This document shows positions 1 to 13,625 of a stretch of 64,000 bases of DNA, in pieces. How positions within the stretch are numbered: position 1 is the first letter of the stretch; each line of letters starts with the position of its first letter. The notes beneath the pieces were generated by a model, which was not told where the DNA came from, searched no databases, and saw only the letters and a program-made list of their open reading frames with translations. The position numbers were made by a program, and so were the translations under genes. The stretch comes from Balanoglossus misakiensis. Its lineage: Eukaryota; Animalia; Hemichordata. The stretch is taken from the NCBI GenBank assembly GCA_040954595.2, contig CM082585.2, positions 8,691,649 to 8,755,648 on the forward strand, given 5' to 3'.

Positions 1-217
1 GAAAGACTATTTCTCAGTCTCGCTGACAGAAAAGTTTGATGAAATGTTGAAAACAAAACTTGCATCCGTCGGACTGCTGAATAAAATAAACATATAAGAT
101 GGCGGCTAAAAGGGCGACAAATTTATCTACGGGAGCTGATGGTATACTTCATGTTGTTTTAGTTGTTCAGGCTGACGGTAGAGTCGTCGTTTTGGTGTAG
201 TTGTGAAGAAGCCAGGA

Positions 218-329
218 AGGGGCCGACGACACATCGAACGTAAAATTTGCAGAACATTTGTATTGGACGTACCGGTGTTTGAACACGCGAAATTACGCTC
301 ATGCGCATAAGACGATCGTCGGCCTTTAA
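218..329. mobile_element. Short MITE-like repeat, possibly Kolobok-type; second copy at 9231-9312
   Basis: Imperfect terminal inverted repeat AGGGGCCGACGAC ... GATCGTCGGCCT followed by TTAA. The core GAAATTACGC(T/A)CATGCGCATAAGACGATCGTCGG recurs near-identically at ~9272-9305. Confidence 0.55.
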
Positions 330-550
330 CGGTTCAAAATCGAGAATATCAACACATGCATTAATGGGGCATGTCCTACATGTTATTCTGGCTTTGGTCG
401 TGAACTCGGAATCGATCACGTCCTTGACAAATAACGCTGGCACCTGCAAAGATACCGCAACCAGAGATGTTGGTTTATGACGTGACCGGGGGTAGGCAGC
501 GTGAATCATGGGAGTGCCATAAGAAAAGATGTCCCTTGGATGGACAGACC

Positions 551-600
551 TTAAAGGGGAGAGGTCGTCCGAACTGCTCATGCGCCACTTTTTACAAACC
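551..600 (+). mobile_element. Truncated copy of the MITE at 5588-5677
   Basis: TTAAAGGGGAGAGGTCGTCCGAACTGCTCATGCGCCACTTTTTACA matches TTAAAGGGGAGGGTCGTCCGAACTGCACATGTGCGACTTTCTACA at 5588. Confidence 0.55.
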
Positions 601-2858
601 ACTGTTCTCACTGATAAGAGAATCCCGCCAACCAATATACGTTACATCAAAGTAACCTGCAAATGTGACAAACAGTAACAACGCATTGTTTGCCAGGATT
701 ATGTACAATGTTATACAAAGTAACAACCACGTTGTTTGCAATGATGTACATTGTAGCAGTTACACTATGCGCCTACATTGACTTGCTACCAGCAGCCGGG
801 ACGACCCCATAATGAACACTACCCTTTATTGTGATACATTGTTAAAATTAGAAGTGCCTGTTCTCTGAAATTCCGCTATTGTTCTGAGAATGGGGCGATG
901 GTGCTCTTTGTTTTCTGGCTGTCGACACATTTTCTCCAGAACGGCCTTTTAGATTTGGCACAAATTTTTAGAATTTTTAGAAATGGCAAATTAGTAGGCC
1001 CTACTGCAGTGTATTAACTGTAGCTAATAAATAATTCGTGATTGTGACTTTCACGTCACAACTAAGCGTCGTTTGCATATTTGTTTTAGCAATTTAATTC
1101 AATCTTAGTGGTTTTGGGCGCGGACTTTCTTTCTTCGTGAACTAGAGGTTGGAATTCTGACAAACTGATACAACACTGTACGCGATTAGGAGTGGCTGGC
1201 ACAACTACGCCCCATTTGAAAGATACAAGTTCTGTTATCGCGGTTACATCCGAATCAAACTTGATGACGTAATTCAGGTGATACATTGGCCAACCTTTGC
1301 AACCGGGACAATATATTCAGAAGTACCCGGCCGCATGACTTATGAAACGTTTGCAGAGTTGGAACAGAACTGCCAAGGTCACTGATAGAAGATAGATGGG
1401 CAAATTTTGACAGTCTCGTCTCTGTACAAATCATCCATCACGATTTTCCTCCTGAAAACCATCGCGTATGTGCGCAGATATCAAAGACGTCATCAAGATA
1501 TGTGAAGGGTTCTTTAAAGGTCCACCAGTATTGATGATAAAATCCTGGCGGGTCTTTAGGAAGTTTGACTGAGTTTCCTAGCCTTGTACAACTGGATCCC
1601 CAGTGGGTTTGCTGCTGACCCTGACCCCCCTCCCCCGCCCACTACCATGCACGTACATGTTCCTTTTGCAACAACAAAAAAACTGTTCGCTTTGAATATT
1701 GACACGACAGGACGCCATGCTTTGTGTACACAGTCATCTCAAACGGTAAACTTATCTTTTGTTAAACTGTTTGCGATTTGGGATTATTTGTGAGCTGGCA
1801 AAGGAAGAGTGACTGATGTGACGGTGATAACGCGTCTGTTGGTCGGTTAATATTCGATGAGAAGATGGACGACCCAACAGACAAGTAAACAAAGCAAGCC
1901 CTTGAGACGCAACAACGCATGCATTACCGCGGGCGGTGGGGTCAGACAGGATCCCTCAGTGTCCCAATCCCGAACACTGAGGACTTCAAACAGAACCTAA
2001 CATGTCTTTGATGACTGGTACGGGGTGACATCCGGTCGGTGTACTTTTCAATGCAGGTCGTTGATCGTTCAAATTGAGACCATCCATCCATCCAACCCGT
2101 GTTCTTTTCCAGTGAATTTCATTTTCAGTGTGTGTTTTTATTCGAGGAGTGTCTAACCGTTTTCAAATCAATTCGGATGCTGATGAAATAAACATGGAAC
2201 ATGCCATCATGCTGATGTTATAATAATAATCACAATTGTGCTCAAGGCGCTTTACAATTGCGGTCTCTGGTTGGATATTATGGTGACATGACGTCATTGT
2301 TAATAATAATAACAGTTATCGAAAAGTCGTGACCTTTACTGTCGTCTTAAATTGGCCTATAACCTTAGACAGCAGTACCGTCTGTTCTTGAAAACGTGCA
2401 ATTTCGTCTAAAAATCAATACCCGTGTGTGTTCCCTGTCCATGTTCTGCTCCGACACGCCCACGGCATTGTCGACGAGATGACGTCATAGCCCACTTAGA
2501 ATGATTCAGCAACAACACGCACTACCAATCACCGTTTCATCGCGTCCATTCATATTGACTGCGCGAGCTGGCAACAAACGCACCGCTCGCGCTCAGCGTT
2601 TATTGTTGGCTGCTTTGGGGGTCGCGAAAGGAGGGCGACACATTTCGCTTTCTGTGCCTGGGAACACACAGTGACATCGTGATACGACGGGACAGTATCT
2701 GACGTCAAGTCCCGTGAAATATTCGCCTACCAGCAAAGACTGGATCTGCGCCCACAGATACGCCGCTTTTCCACGTACCGTTCGGAATTCGCTGTAGTTG
2801 TCTGAGGGTAACCTAAGTGTACTCGCGTCTCAGTGTGGAATGTGTTAAAAATGCGAAA

Positions 2859-5800
2859 ATGAGCGAAAGAGGGAAGTGTCTGAAAGCGACCGCAGACCTG
2901 CGGTCGTATCTTCTCCGTCGGGGGTACTGGACTCGGGACAATGGGGTGATTTTCCCACCCCTGGTGAGCAGCGACAACTTGAACGCCGTGAGAAAATTTG
3001 AGGTCATGCCCGACAGGAGTGGTGTTTTGTTTTTCGTATCTTATCCGAAATCAGGTCAGTACAAACTACAGAGTGTCTTTGTAATCACAAATCACGGCTC
3101 TGCCGCTAGCTCCTAACATGTCTTGGTATTTGGGGATTCTCCCATGGTAACATAACAGGTGAAACATACAGCTCACGTAACGACTGCGAGAGGCGCCCCT
3201 CCCCCGCGCGCGCGTCCCTGCCCGACGAGTTTGGACAGTATTTGGTTTACGTGTTGGCGGATATCTGTTCAGTGTTGCTTCCCAAGCACTAATTGCCTGT
3301 GTTTGGTATATACATAACCGCACACAGCCAAAAATAGACCAACTCAAACCAGGGTACAGTCAGTCGCGGTGACCCCTTGTCAACAAAAGCCGACCAGCGG
3401 GTTCAAGGTCAGCCGTTCGATATCAGGCGGAACCACTGAGTTTATTCTCTCATCTGTGGACACGGTTATAACCCCTGGCCCCATGTACATTTGTTCCCCC
3501 GGGGGAAATGCCACGGCTGGACTTTGTACGACGGGCAATGTTCGATGTCGAACGTGGGGCAGAGACGGAGAGAGGCCCAACAACAACTCAGAAAGAGTGA
3601 CATTCTACGCCGTAGAGGGCGCAAAAACCGCCACCACGGCACATCATGGCACTAAAGTGCTTTATTCAACAGGTAGTATGCACATCGACCTAAATTTTAC
3701 GCTCGAAAGGTGGCAGACAACTTTGCCTAGATCGTTCGCTTTGTAGACAAACGATGTTGTTTGCGAATGAAGTCACAGTGATACACTTAAAGAAAGTGGT
3801 AAACACGTTTAAAGTCCCACGCTTACAGTGCACCAAAAACATTATCCCCTCCCCCCCCCCCCCCCCGATTTTATCAGCTACTTTCAGGTAAGTTGATTAC
3901 GTTTAGTACAAAACACGATGAAAACAAAATAACTAAATCCTGATTAAACCAGGAGACAGAGACACACGGTCAAATAACGTACAGAAAGACTAGAAACACT
4001 AAAATCACTTTGACCTGGCCAAAAGAAGAAACTTTTCAAAATGGTGCGTGTGTATGTAGAATCCGGAAAAACTCCGATGATACGTTATTATACTACACGG
4101 CACCTAAGAGACGAAAAATGCCCCCCCCCCCCCCCCCCCCACTCCTTTTACATCAACTCGGTTGTAAAGGACAGGCGTTAATTCTCTGTCAACGAGATAT
4201 AATGAGGCTAAAGTGGAAACCTACTCTAGACAATTAAAATGTGACAAAAGACACTCTCTGGTGATGAAAAACAATCAAAATGTCCCTGCACAGACATGCC
4301 GCTGAGATGTCATGACATTGACACAGCTACAACGCTATCCTTAGACAATTGTTCTCGAGGAGCATTCTCTCAACGACAGCATCTTATGCAAATCAAAGTA
4401 GTGGACCGAGAGCGAATGCCGAACAAAGGACAAACAAACAAACGAACCATTACAGTTTGTTGTCCATGACTTTGAAAACGCGATTAAATGGACACAATCG
4501 CTTCGTATTGATCTTGGACGACTCGACACGAATGCAGTTCAGTATTCCTTAGAACAAAGGTGTCTAACAAATGATGTTATCCATAGGTTTTACATTTGCC
4601 ATGCCACGTTGTCAGTAAAAAAGATGGCGGTGTGTGCTCACCTGTTCTGTAGGTTGTTGCTTCACGTTGATGGATGGGTGGCACTTTGGAAAATCTGAAG
4701 AATGGCAGTTTCTCACGACATATTCCGATAAATTTCCGCCTTCAATTTCTCCCCAAATCCTGGCACAACCAGTCATCTTAGTCGGAATCTTCACAATATT
4801 TTCCTGCTTCACGTCTTATCGCATTTTGGAGAACGAATGTCGTCGTCCGACACCATGCTTTCGCCGTGAATGTAGTGACACGAAGGAAGTCGTATGCAAA
4901 TTTGTCATGAAGCACCTGGCGGCCACTCTCAACCAATGGAAATCTCTAAATGCTAATATACACGTCATGCACGTTAGAGTCGTTATTGGCTGACAGGATA
5001 GCAGTGTGTTCTTCATGATTGGTCATGTTATAACAACGTATTTTTTTAGTCTTTATCCATTCTTTATTTTTGTTTCCTGGAAAATAATAGATTAGGCAGG
5101 TACAGTACAGTGTTGAGTGCGAAAAATTCAATAGATTTATGTTATGTTCCAACGCTACACTTCGTGTGTCATGCCAGTGGTTGATTTCTGTTAATCATTG
5201 CTTTGCAGGAACGTCGTGGTTGAAGTATATTGCGTGCCACATAGTGTTTCACAAGCACCCGGAGGTGATCAAGGAATTGGACAAGATACGGGGCATCAAA
5301 TCGATACTGAGCTGCTTGGAATACAGCTCACCGGAGACAGGTAAGTGCTATGCTGACCTCGGTCGGTCACTCGCCTTACAGTCTCCATTTCCCTGTATTT
5401 TTTACGACCATTTTTATTTGGTTGCCCCATAGTCACACCATTGTTGCCACATACTGTCTGCAACTCATTTCGTCTGTGCCTGTGACAAGGTGTCTGTCTG
5501 TGACTTGTTGGTGTTGATAGTCGTCGCGTTTTCGTAGCCATTAATGTTGTTATTCGCATGATTTGCAAGTGGGGAAACTCGCAAGACTTAAAGGGGAGGG
5601 TCGTCCGAACTGCACATGTGCGACTTTCTACAGGAACCATACACGCAGTCGCAGATTGGACGTGACCCACCCTTTAAACAATAACAAATACAATATTTTA
5701 TACGCAAAACAGGCGAGCCGAACCACGCAGAAATATCCAACAAACTGAAAAGCTGCAACTTTCCCATGGCACTCTCGACGTATCTACGGGAAAATATGGC

Positions 5801-7664
5801 ACCGGAGGGATTAATTAAATCGAACCATAAGGTAAACCATGGCTATTCTTATACTTTCGTATCAATACAGCTCAGGATCCGAGACACATGAATACTGACG
5901 AGAGATAATGATTCGTTTTCGTCAAATCTTAGTGCATTTGCATAAATTAATGCTAATTGACCTCGTACTCTGCATGAAAGTGATGGTAGTGTGTGCCATA
6001 TGTCAAGGCAGGGCCATATTGCTACTGGGAATCTGTTTATTTTTAAACACGTCGAGATCGGAAAATATTGTCCCCGCATAAAATATACGCGTTTGCTGAA
6101 ATGCATGCGTGACAGACCGTTTGTATGGAAACGGAACTAGAGTGTTTTTTGTATGTTAGCGTGGTACAAGCATCTAAATCACTAGTTAATAAGTAGCTAA
6201 GAAGCGTCTGACAGCCACCCCGAAGATTACCCAAACGCCCAACGCTAATTCATTACACGCAAAGCCCTGCATATTGTGCATAGCAACATGCATCCTGAAG
6301 GAAAATATTGACATCCAACACGCATAACCAGTACTCGATCATTCTCCGTTATCATCTAGGTGATCTTTGTGGTTCGAAATCCAAAAGATGTTTGCATTTC
6401 ACAACTGAAGACCCTTCTCTCCGAAAAAGACCTGCAAACAAGAACAGATGTTGGCAGATACGTCGACCAGTTCATTGAAGGCAACGGTGAGGGCTCCCTC
6501 GTACAGGGTTTCCTGACTTTGCTTGAGGGAGGCTATCATAGTGTTTACGAAGCCATCCCGCGATTTTCAGCTTTCCCGTACTCTGTCCCACAACTTGTCC
6601 AGTGTCAATACGATTCAAGTTTCATTAAAGGGGACATTTCGACGGAGACGCGACGTTTTGTATGATAGATGACAGCACTAGTGCAGTGACGAAGCCTGTT
6701 TGCGAAAGCGTATTTTTTCTCTGAAGTACTTCGACCGACTGTTAACACATCACGCGTGCGTGAATCATACAGGGAGTGGGGGTAAAGGTCATGTCATTCG
6801 TAAAACATCGATGCATTTTCAAAGACAGCAAAACATTGACAATACTTGCATGGGCCTACACCTTCTCTCACGACGGTGGCATAGTGACCTCGGTCATTTA
6901 TTATTTTCAGTACCATTTGGCAGTTGGTTCGACCACACGCTGAGCTGGTGGAAGTACAGAAACAGCGACAAAGTGTTGCTGCTTACGTACGAAGAATTAT
7001 ACACGGTAAGGTGCTACTGAACTAAAAACTCGTTTTGAAAATCATTACTTCAAATCTAGTAAGTACCACGAGCCTTCGAAATTTAGTGCGTAGACGTTCC
7101 AACAAATTGCATTTACTCGGGCACGTGTAAGCCACCATGCTGGCTCAACTAAGTGCGATTCCCAACTTTTACTTTCTTTTGGAACTCTCGCCTCATGATG
7201 AAAAATAACTATGCTTACCCTTCTTTTGACTATGACAGGACATTCGTAAAACGATTGAGAAGGTCGCCGATTTCCTCGGGCAGTCCTTGTCTTCAGACTA
7301 CATAGACCAGATTTGCAAGAAGTGCTGCCTCGATAAAATGTCTTGCAACGGACACGACGTCGACAACAAGGACGATGACGACTTCCGAGATACCATCAAT
7401 GACGGTAAGAGACTGTGTACAACATCAGTTATTAGAGGGCGTAGCAGTTGAGAGATATACTGTATAAAGTTGACTCACCAGGTGGGGAGGTAGGGTTGTT
7501 TCATGCCATATTTGTAACACAAACACCCCTGCTGTTGACTTGTTCCAGGCCCAGTCGGCGAATGGAAAGATTACTTCACCGTTACGCAGTCGGAAAAGTT
7601 CAATGTCAAGTTCCGGTCAAGATTCGTCGGCACCGGTTTGGAGGACGTAATACCTTTGGACTGA
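2859..7664 (+). CDS. Cytosolic sulfotransferase, SULT1-like, ~316 aa, 7 coding exons (2859-3054, 5209-5340, 5713-5831, 6360-6486, 6911-7005, 7239-7404, 7549-7664); altered catalytic residues
   Basis: Spliced translation gives the 5'-PSB loop SYPKSG|TSW, the 3'-PB motif VIFVVRNPKDVCIS, VPFGSWFDHTLSWW, LLLTYEEL and C-terminal GPVGEWKDYFTVTQSE. All introns are GT-AG with matching phases; exon total is 951 nt, an open frame. The 127- and 95-nt exons match sizes typical of vertebrate SULT1 genes. Confidence 0.9.
5588..5677 (+). mobile_element. Complete ~82-bp MITE with TTAA flanks and AG...CT termini (Kolobok-like) in SULT intron 2
   Basis: TTAA|AGGGGAGGGTCGTCCGAACTGC ... GCAGATTGGACGTGACCCACCCT|TTAA; imperfect TIRs, TTAA on both sides, partial copy at 551. 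Confidence 0.6.
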
Positions 7665-8787
7665 GAGCGCCTTCTATTGCGCACATGGAACTCGCGCTGC
7701 GTACAGTACACAGACTGTGATTGGCTGAGCGAGTGTGCTTGGTCAGCCAATCACTGAGCAAGAGATTTGTGACTTTGTACAACATTTATGCGAGCATAAG
7801 TTCAATGAATGAACAGCTAGAAGCTTGGCCAGATGTGGTGATATCGACGAATACGGGGTGTTCCCACGAACTGTTGGTCATGCACAAATAGTTGGTCAGA
7901 ATTTTTAAACATTTAGCTTAAAGATTGCAATCTTCGCTAACTGTAAATATTGCTACGTTCTGTGATTGTACCTGGATCATACGTAAAGATGATTCTCTGC
8001 CACTGGTTATGCAGTAGCACACAGTTTAAGTGTTTCATTTCATTTAGTGGACAGGACATTTTACAGGAGTAAGATACAAAATTTAATTAATTACATTAGG
8101 CAGATTTCATGGATTTCGTTACATAAAAATGTATTTAACGTTAACCGACTTTTGTCTGTAGCCAGTGCAACTATTGACGCGTAGACTAAATTGGAACACA
8201 CAGGCCATTTTGTATCATTATGGAAAACAGATAATAAAGTAATGAAAATCTTCATTTGCATGAAATTTTTCTTCGTTTAAGTGTGCATTAGTTCCCCAAA
8301 ACATTATCACCATGTACAAAGCCTGTAATCTTTCCCATCTGAGTAGGGTGGCAAGTTTATCCATATTGCAAAACAAGTATACTTCTATGAGATACTGTGT
8401 ATAACCTGGGATGACAAATATTGAAAAAAAACCTACAAGAAAGTTATGCAGTCTAAAATCATCTTTATTCGGTCTATTTACGTCTACAACTACGATAAAG
8501 TGAAACTAAGGTATAGCCATAACCGCCTCATCACACTAATTGCACTATATTTCGCCATTGATATTTCAAAAATGACACAGTTGTCCAGTGCGCATGTGAA
8601 CGATTTCTGTAATTGTACTATGTATACATGTATTTGGTGACACGGGAGAACGACTATGATTTATTCTACTACCTATGTAAAGAAGTCTAGATACAATTTC
8701 AGAATTTCGAATTTGTTCTATTCCACACTTGCTTTGTCGTTAATATGATCGTGTCTTCATTTGGTCGGTGTCTTCACTGATCCGCTA

Positions 8788-11700
8788 TTAACACCAACCC
8801 GGAGTCCAGGTGTTGTTGTAGAATATGTTGGGATTGGCGATTTCGGGTTGCATGTCCGGAAAGAAAGTATCGGGGGCTCCTTCCGTTATCCGATCAGCGA
8901 GAGCCAGTAGTTCGATGACCTTCTCCGGCATGGTATCCGCCAAGTTCTTGATTTCACGGGGGTCAGCTGTGGAGATAATAAAGGGCGACAATTGTCTTAC
9001 GCACATGTGCTAAACCAGAGACTCTGGTTACAAAAATTATATACAGTCAATGTAATAAGGCAAAGTGCTGTCCAAACAACAGACAAGATGGCGGCGACCA
9101 TAGTCTGTGTCAGAGATCGGGATGGGAAAAGACATAAAATTGGGCGAAAAGAAGTGACACAACCAAAGTCTACTTATACGGTGCGCATGAAATATGGAAG
9201 GAAGCGAAGGCAGTCAAATATTTGAATGCGTCGAACGCAAAATTTGGATTGGACGTAATGTTTGTACACACGAAATTACGCACATGCGCATAAGACGATC
9301 GTCGGTTTTTAATTAAGTTTGAAAATAAATATACAATGTGATCATTTCCTAGTACCTGATATATCAAACAACTGTGTCCCATCCTTAGGAGCACTAACGT
9401 CAGGAATGTCCACAGATCCCAGTATTTCCGGTGGTGGATACCACGAATCTGTGAAAAAACAACAACGTACGGATGATTTTCCTCTCTTAGCGAGATCTCG
9501 CGAGACTTGGTAGCAACGGATTGCTTGCCTAGTAATACAAGTCACGATTGAAACAACAATAATAAATTCAACTTTGTATATAAGATATTCTCACCTGTTC
9601 TGGTATTGTCAATGTCGAAGGAGATATTCCTGATGACGTCATAGCGCCCGTGAATAAGTTTGTAATCCCCATCTCTATACGCAGCGAAGCAAAAGTAATC
9701 GTGATTGCTTGCGATTTAACTGAACCAAATCAAGAGTCTCGGACAATCGATTGTCGGATGAGTTTTCCAACCGTGTCGTTCAGCGAGTCAAACATGTCAT
9801 AAAATTTAGTTCTATATGAAACGACTGTGCAGATTCTAAAACGGAATTTATATGTGATATGAAGCTGATAACTTTCTTGGCAAATTATTGGCCGGGCGTT
9901 TCAAATCGGGCGTGACGTACAAAACACTTTGAAGTGCGCGGATTTACCTTATGGCTACGCAGTGGCTGACGGGATGGGAATCGTAATGGATCATCATGCC
10001 AGTTCGCGGTGACGGTTCTCCCTTGGATATTGTGTTCCACACGTCCATCCCGTCCAAATTAGAAGCTGTCACACACACATGTATGCGGTGAAGCAGAAAA
10101 GGGAAAGTCGGCAACACACGGATGGTACAAGTTGGACGGGAATAGGCCTACATTACAGACGGTTATTTCCCCCAATATCTCCCCAATTCTCGCTCGTTCT
10201 CGTTCTCTCTCATTCTCTGCCCCCCCCCCTCCCCTTCGCCCAAGAATGACATGCATAGACTGATAAAAGCTATAACTTAATCGTGTTATAAACCGTTATG
10301 ATGCTATAAAGATCAATTGTGTGAACCAAATATGTCACCTTCTCGTTTGCGCCCTTTCTCCATGTTTTGACTTACCCGGAGTACCTCCAGCCAAAGTTAA
10401 GAGAGTAGTAAAGTAGTCTGTCACGTGGATCAGCCTGTCAATTTAATTGGAGCATAAACGAAAAAGATTTAAATTAACATTTTTAACAAAACGTTAATTT
10501 GCATGCGAGCTGTATCATTATAAGTGTGCATCCAGGTAAGCAGATACAATACAACAATATCAATGCGATTGTTGACTTACTCATTGCTTACGTATCCGGT
10601 TTTCTCAAGCAGTGGACTGTGTACGAAGTTGCTAGTCCTTACGCCACCCTCAAACGGCGTGGCCATAGCGCCCCGCAGTGGCCACTGTGTGCCAAAGAAC
10701 AAGGGGCCACCATTCTGCAAGAAAGAAGAGGCGGGGTGAGCTTGATGATGTGTACTGGAATAGACGGTTACGATGTTATGGTTGCGAACGAGGTTGCGCA
10801 TGCTCGGTTGTTATAAAGAAGCCATGTGCTGGAGGGTGATTTGAAGACTCACTTTGAGCCACGTACTACAGAAAATGCAAATCCCAATATATCACACTAA
10901 GCAAATATTTTTTTCTCCGTAATGCTCCGCATTATCTAGTGTGAGTGACGTGAAATATGACAAAAGTTTACAAATGTAAGGTAAACGAAATTAAAGTTCA
11001 TGTACTTACATCAGCAAGGTAGATGATCACGCTGTCTTTGTACATATCATTCGCTTTTAAGGCTGTGGTTATATTGCCAACAATCTCATCGAGCATTGAA
11101 ATCATTCCTGAAATAACAGACGAAGGCGAGTATTAGGCTACACACATTATGTCAGATTGTAAGCATTAACTGTCCGATTGTAAAGGGCACTCCACTTCAC
11201 ATTCGACCAATACATCGAGGGCTACTACAAAATAAGCTTCCGTAAATATATATGGGAGGGTAGGAGTGGGATAGACATGTTTATGTTATTTTATAACACT
11301 TACCACGATAATCACGTAGGCCTTTATCTTCCCATACGTTCGGTAGTGGATCATACAAATCCTTAAAACGGCTGGGAGACTAAAATGTATAATGAGAGAC
11401 CTTTCTCGTTACTGAAGATTCTTGCTAAATATTTCTGGACATGTGATATTTATTCATTTATTTGGTATGTAGGCTTCTATGGATGAAGTGCGTTAGATTT
11501 ATGGTGTCTGATTGCTTTCAAATTTGGCGGGACAACCACTCACCTGGAACGGGAAATGGGGCAACAGGAAGGACATGTACAAGAACATTGGCACATCCGG
11601 GTTGTGTCTGGCGATCAGATCGACGGCCCTCTGCCCTGTGTGCTCCTGTGAGGAAATTGCATCAGAGATATTATCTACCAACAGTGGCAACACCTGGCCA

Positions 11701-13625
11701 TTCGATAAATGACAACGGTATTTAAACCCATAGGGGCTAGTAATGATGGACTTACACTGGCATGTGTTCCCTGAAGATGGAATACAGCCCCCGTGTTATC
11801 GTGGAAATCCAGTCCGGTTTCACCAGCATCTTCTCCAATCAATTCGTTAGCAGGATCTTCGATTGAAACTAACCAGGACAGACAAAAAATTTGCATTACA
11901 AGAAAATTTGAATTTAGAATATACAAGTACAGGACCAGTATGCCCCCAACTGGGCCCACACGCGGATATGTCACTGTTAACAAGACTTGCAACCTACCGG
12001 AGTGTGTGTAGTAGTCAATATAACCGTGCTGAGGTCCATAGTGAGTGTCAAATCCCCGCCATAACGGTGTGACGTCCCAGCGACAGGCTCCCAAGTGCCA
12101 TCTGCGGTGAGAGGGGAATCAAATACGTCAGTCATGTGCGCCTCTTGACAGTGACATCCTTAAGAAGTGAACAATCCGATAAAACGCCCGGAAAGGTCAG
12201 TTGTGTGCGGGTTCGCCATCACACGTGGTTAGCGTTGACCACGTGGTTAGGGTGAAAGGTCGCAGAGCGCCCGCACACGACCGAATCTTTCAGTTTACCC
12301 GATAAAGCACCAAGTCAAAGAGTTCACGCAAGTTCTCCGACAATGGGGATGCTATGTCTTGATATAGAAAGGGTTGAAGTCAACGAAGAGATATACCGCC
12401 ATATGTTCAGTAAAGTGACTCACTTTCCTACGATGTGGTTTGTGTAGCCCAGTTCCTTCAGATATTCCGGCAGAATTTTGACTTCTCGGGACAAATAACT
12501 CGGCTGAGCTGGCATAATCATGGCGTGCTTGGGAAAAAAATGAAAATCAGTGATGCAGCAATACTCATTAATGTGTGTAGCCTAAATCGATCTTTAGACG
12601 TAGGAGAATGTTAACTCTTATAGCGACAGCTTGGTACATTCACATTCATACTTACCCCTAGGCCGTATCGGAACGGGTATAGTCCGCTTAAAAGCGCCGC
12701 TCGTGTACTGGAGAAAAATGAAGAGAACACCAAACATTAATTGACTTGGCGGCACCATCTTTCATTGTATATATTATAGTATATATATTAAGTCACGTTG
12801 TCTTACTTACGGTGTACAGATTGGTTGCACGTAGGTCTGATTGAAAATAACGCCAGTCCTCGCCAGATTGTTCAAATTTGGCGTTTTCATGAAACCCACT
12901 TGATCATTCCATTCAACGTCAGAATAACCTAATAAGGAAAAACATATACCACCAGCTTTATTTACGGCTCATAATTACACTTATACGTGTACTTGACGTG
13001 CGATTACAGAGAAACATCTTGTGTATGATACTTTGAATCTTGCAAAGTGAACGTACCAATGTTATCCACGGCGTCTTTCCATGTCCCCTTGCTTTTATGA
13101 TGGATTTTATACAAATTAATAAATTTCTATTTTTAACCGAATTCAGAAATGAGCCCCGTGAGTTGAAAACAGTCAGCCACACAAAGACAGACACACACAG
13201 AGACACATACAGCTAAGAATTTAATATGAAGTACCTACCGGAATTATCAGACAGCAAGAATATGATGTGGGGTTTCTTTTGCTCTATAAACAGAGGTGAC
13301 AATCAAGTAGTAAATTAGTAAAGTGGAATACACAGCAAAACAATATTAAGCCGATATTTCCGATCCTTTACCTTATATCATGACAAACTCATTGCATCTA
13401 CCGAATACATTCCTCTTTACGAAATTTAGAAAAAAACTTGATACTCGGGGTCTTGTCGATGATAGGACGCTGACTGGACTGGTATTCTGAAAAGTTCTCG
13501 GTTGGTGTGTGTGATCCCAATACAGTTGAGACGGGGGAGGGGCCGTGAGTTAACTTACCCGCAAGAGCCATGGCTACAGCACAGGGCAGAAGCGCAGCAA
13601 CAACAGCAGCAACAAACAACTTCAT
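8788..13625 (-). CDS. Arylsulfatase B-like sulfatase, paralogue 1; secreted/lysosomal; 16 coding exons
   Basis: Signal peptide [22 protein letters not shown]; [12 protein letters not shown]; YVQPICTP|TRAALLSG (CxPxR); IVGK|WHLG; RGFDTHYG; [14 protein letters not shown]; IYLAD|NGG; [16 protein letters not shown]; LIHVTDYF; C-terminus TWTPGWC*. GT-AG introns at the same positions as paralogue 2. Confidence 0.93.
9231..9312. mobile_element. Second copy of the repeat at 218-329, in an arylsulfatase intron
   Basis: TCGAACGCAAAATTTG...GAAATTACGCACATGCGCATAAGACGATCGTCGG...TTAA aligns by eye with 234-329. Confidence 0.55.

Noticed and set aside
159-635. 158-aa minus-strand ORF
   Set aside because: No recognisable domain and it runs through two MITE fragments; likely a chance ORF.
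1250-1590. Protein-like minus-strand frame (…DPPGFYHQYWWTFKEPF…) interrupted by TGA; considered as a selenoprotein or exon
   Set aside because: No recognisable homology, no convincing splice sites and no SECIS seen.
3846-4140. Two long poly-C tracts (another at ~42685-42700)
   Set aside because: Simple homopolymers common in such genomes; G-quadruplex function cannot be supported from sequence.
4612-4812. Antisense ORF in SULT intron 1 ending at a strong CAG|GTGAG donor
   Set aside because: No partner exon or homology found; a single donor-like site is expected by chance.
7662-7760. Selenocysteine read-through of the SULT TGA via the downstream hairpin
   Set aside because: The protein is already complete at the TGA and the hairpin lacks SECIS core motifs.
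12197-12285. Inverted repeat (GTGTGCGGG/CCCGCACAC) enclosing two CACGTGGTTAG copies
   Set aside because: Probably a decayed MITE; no TSD or second copy in the window to support a call.
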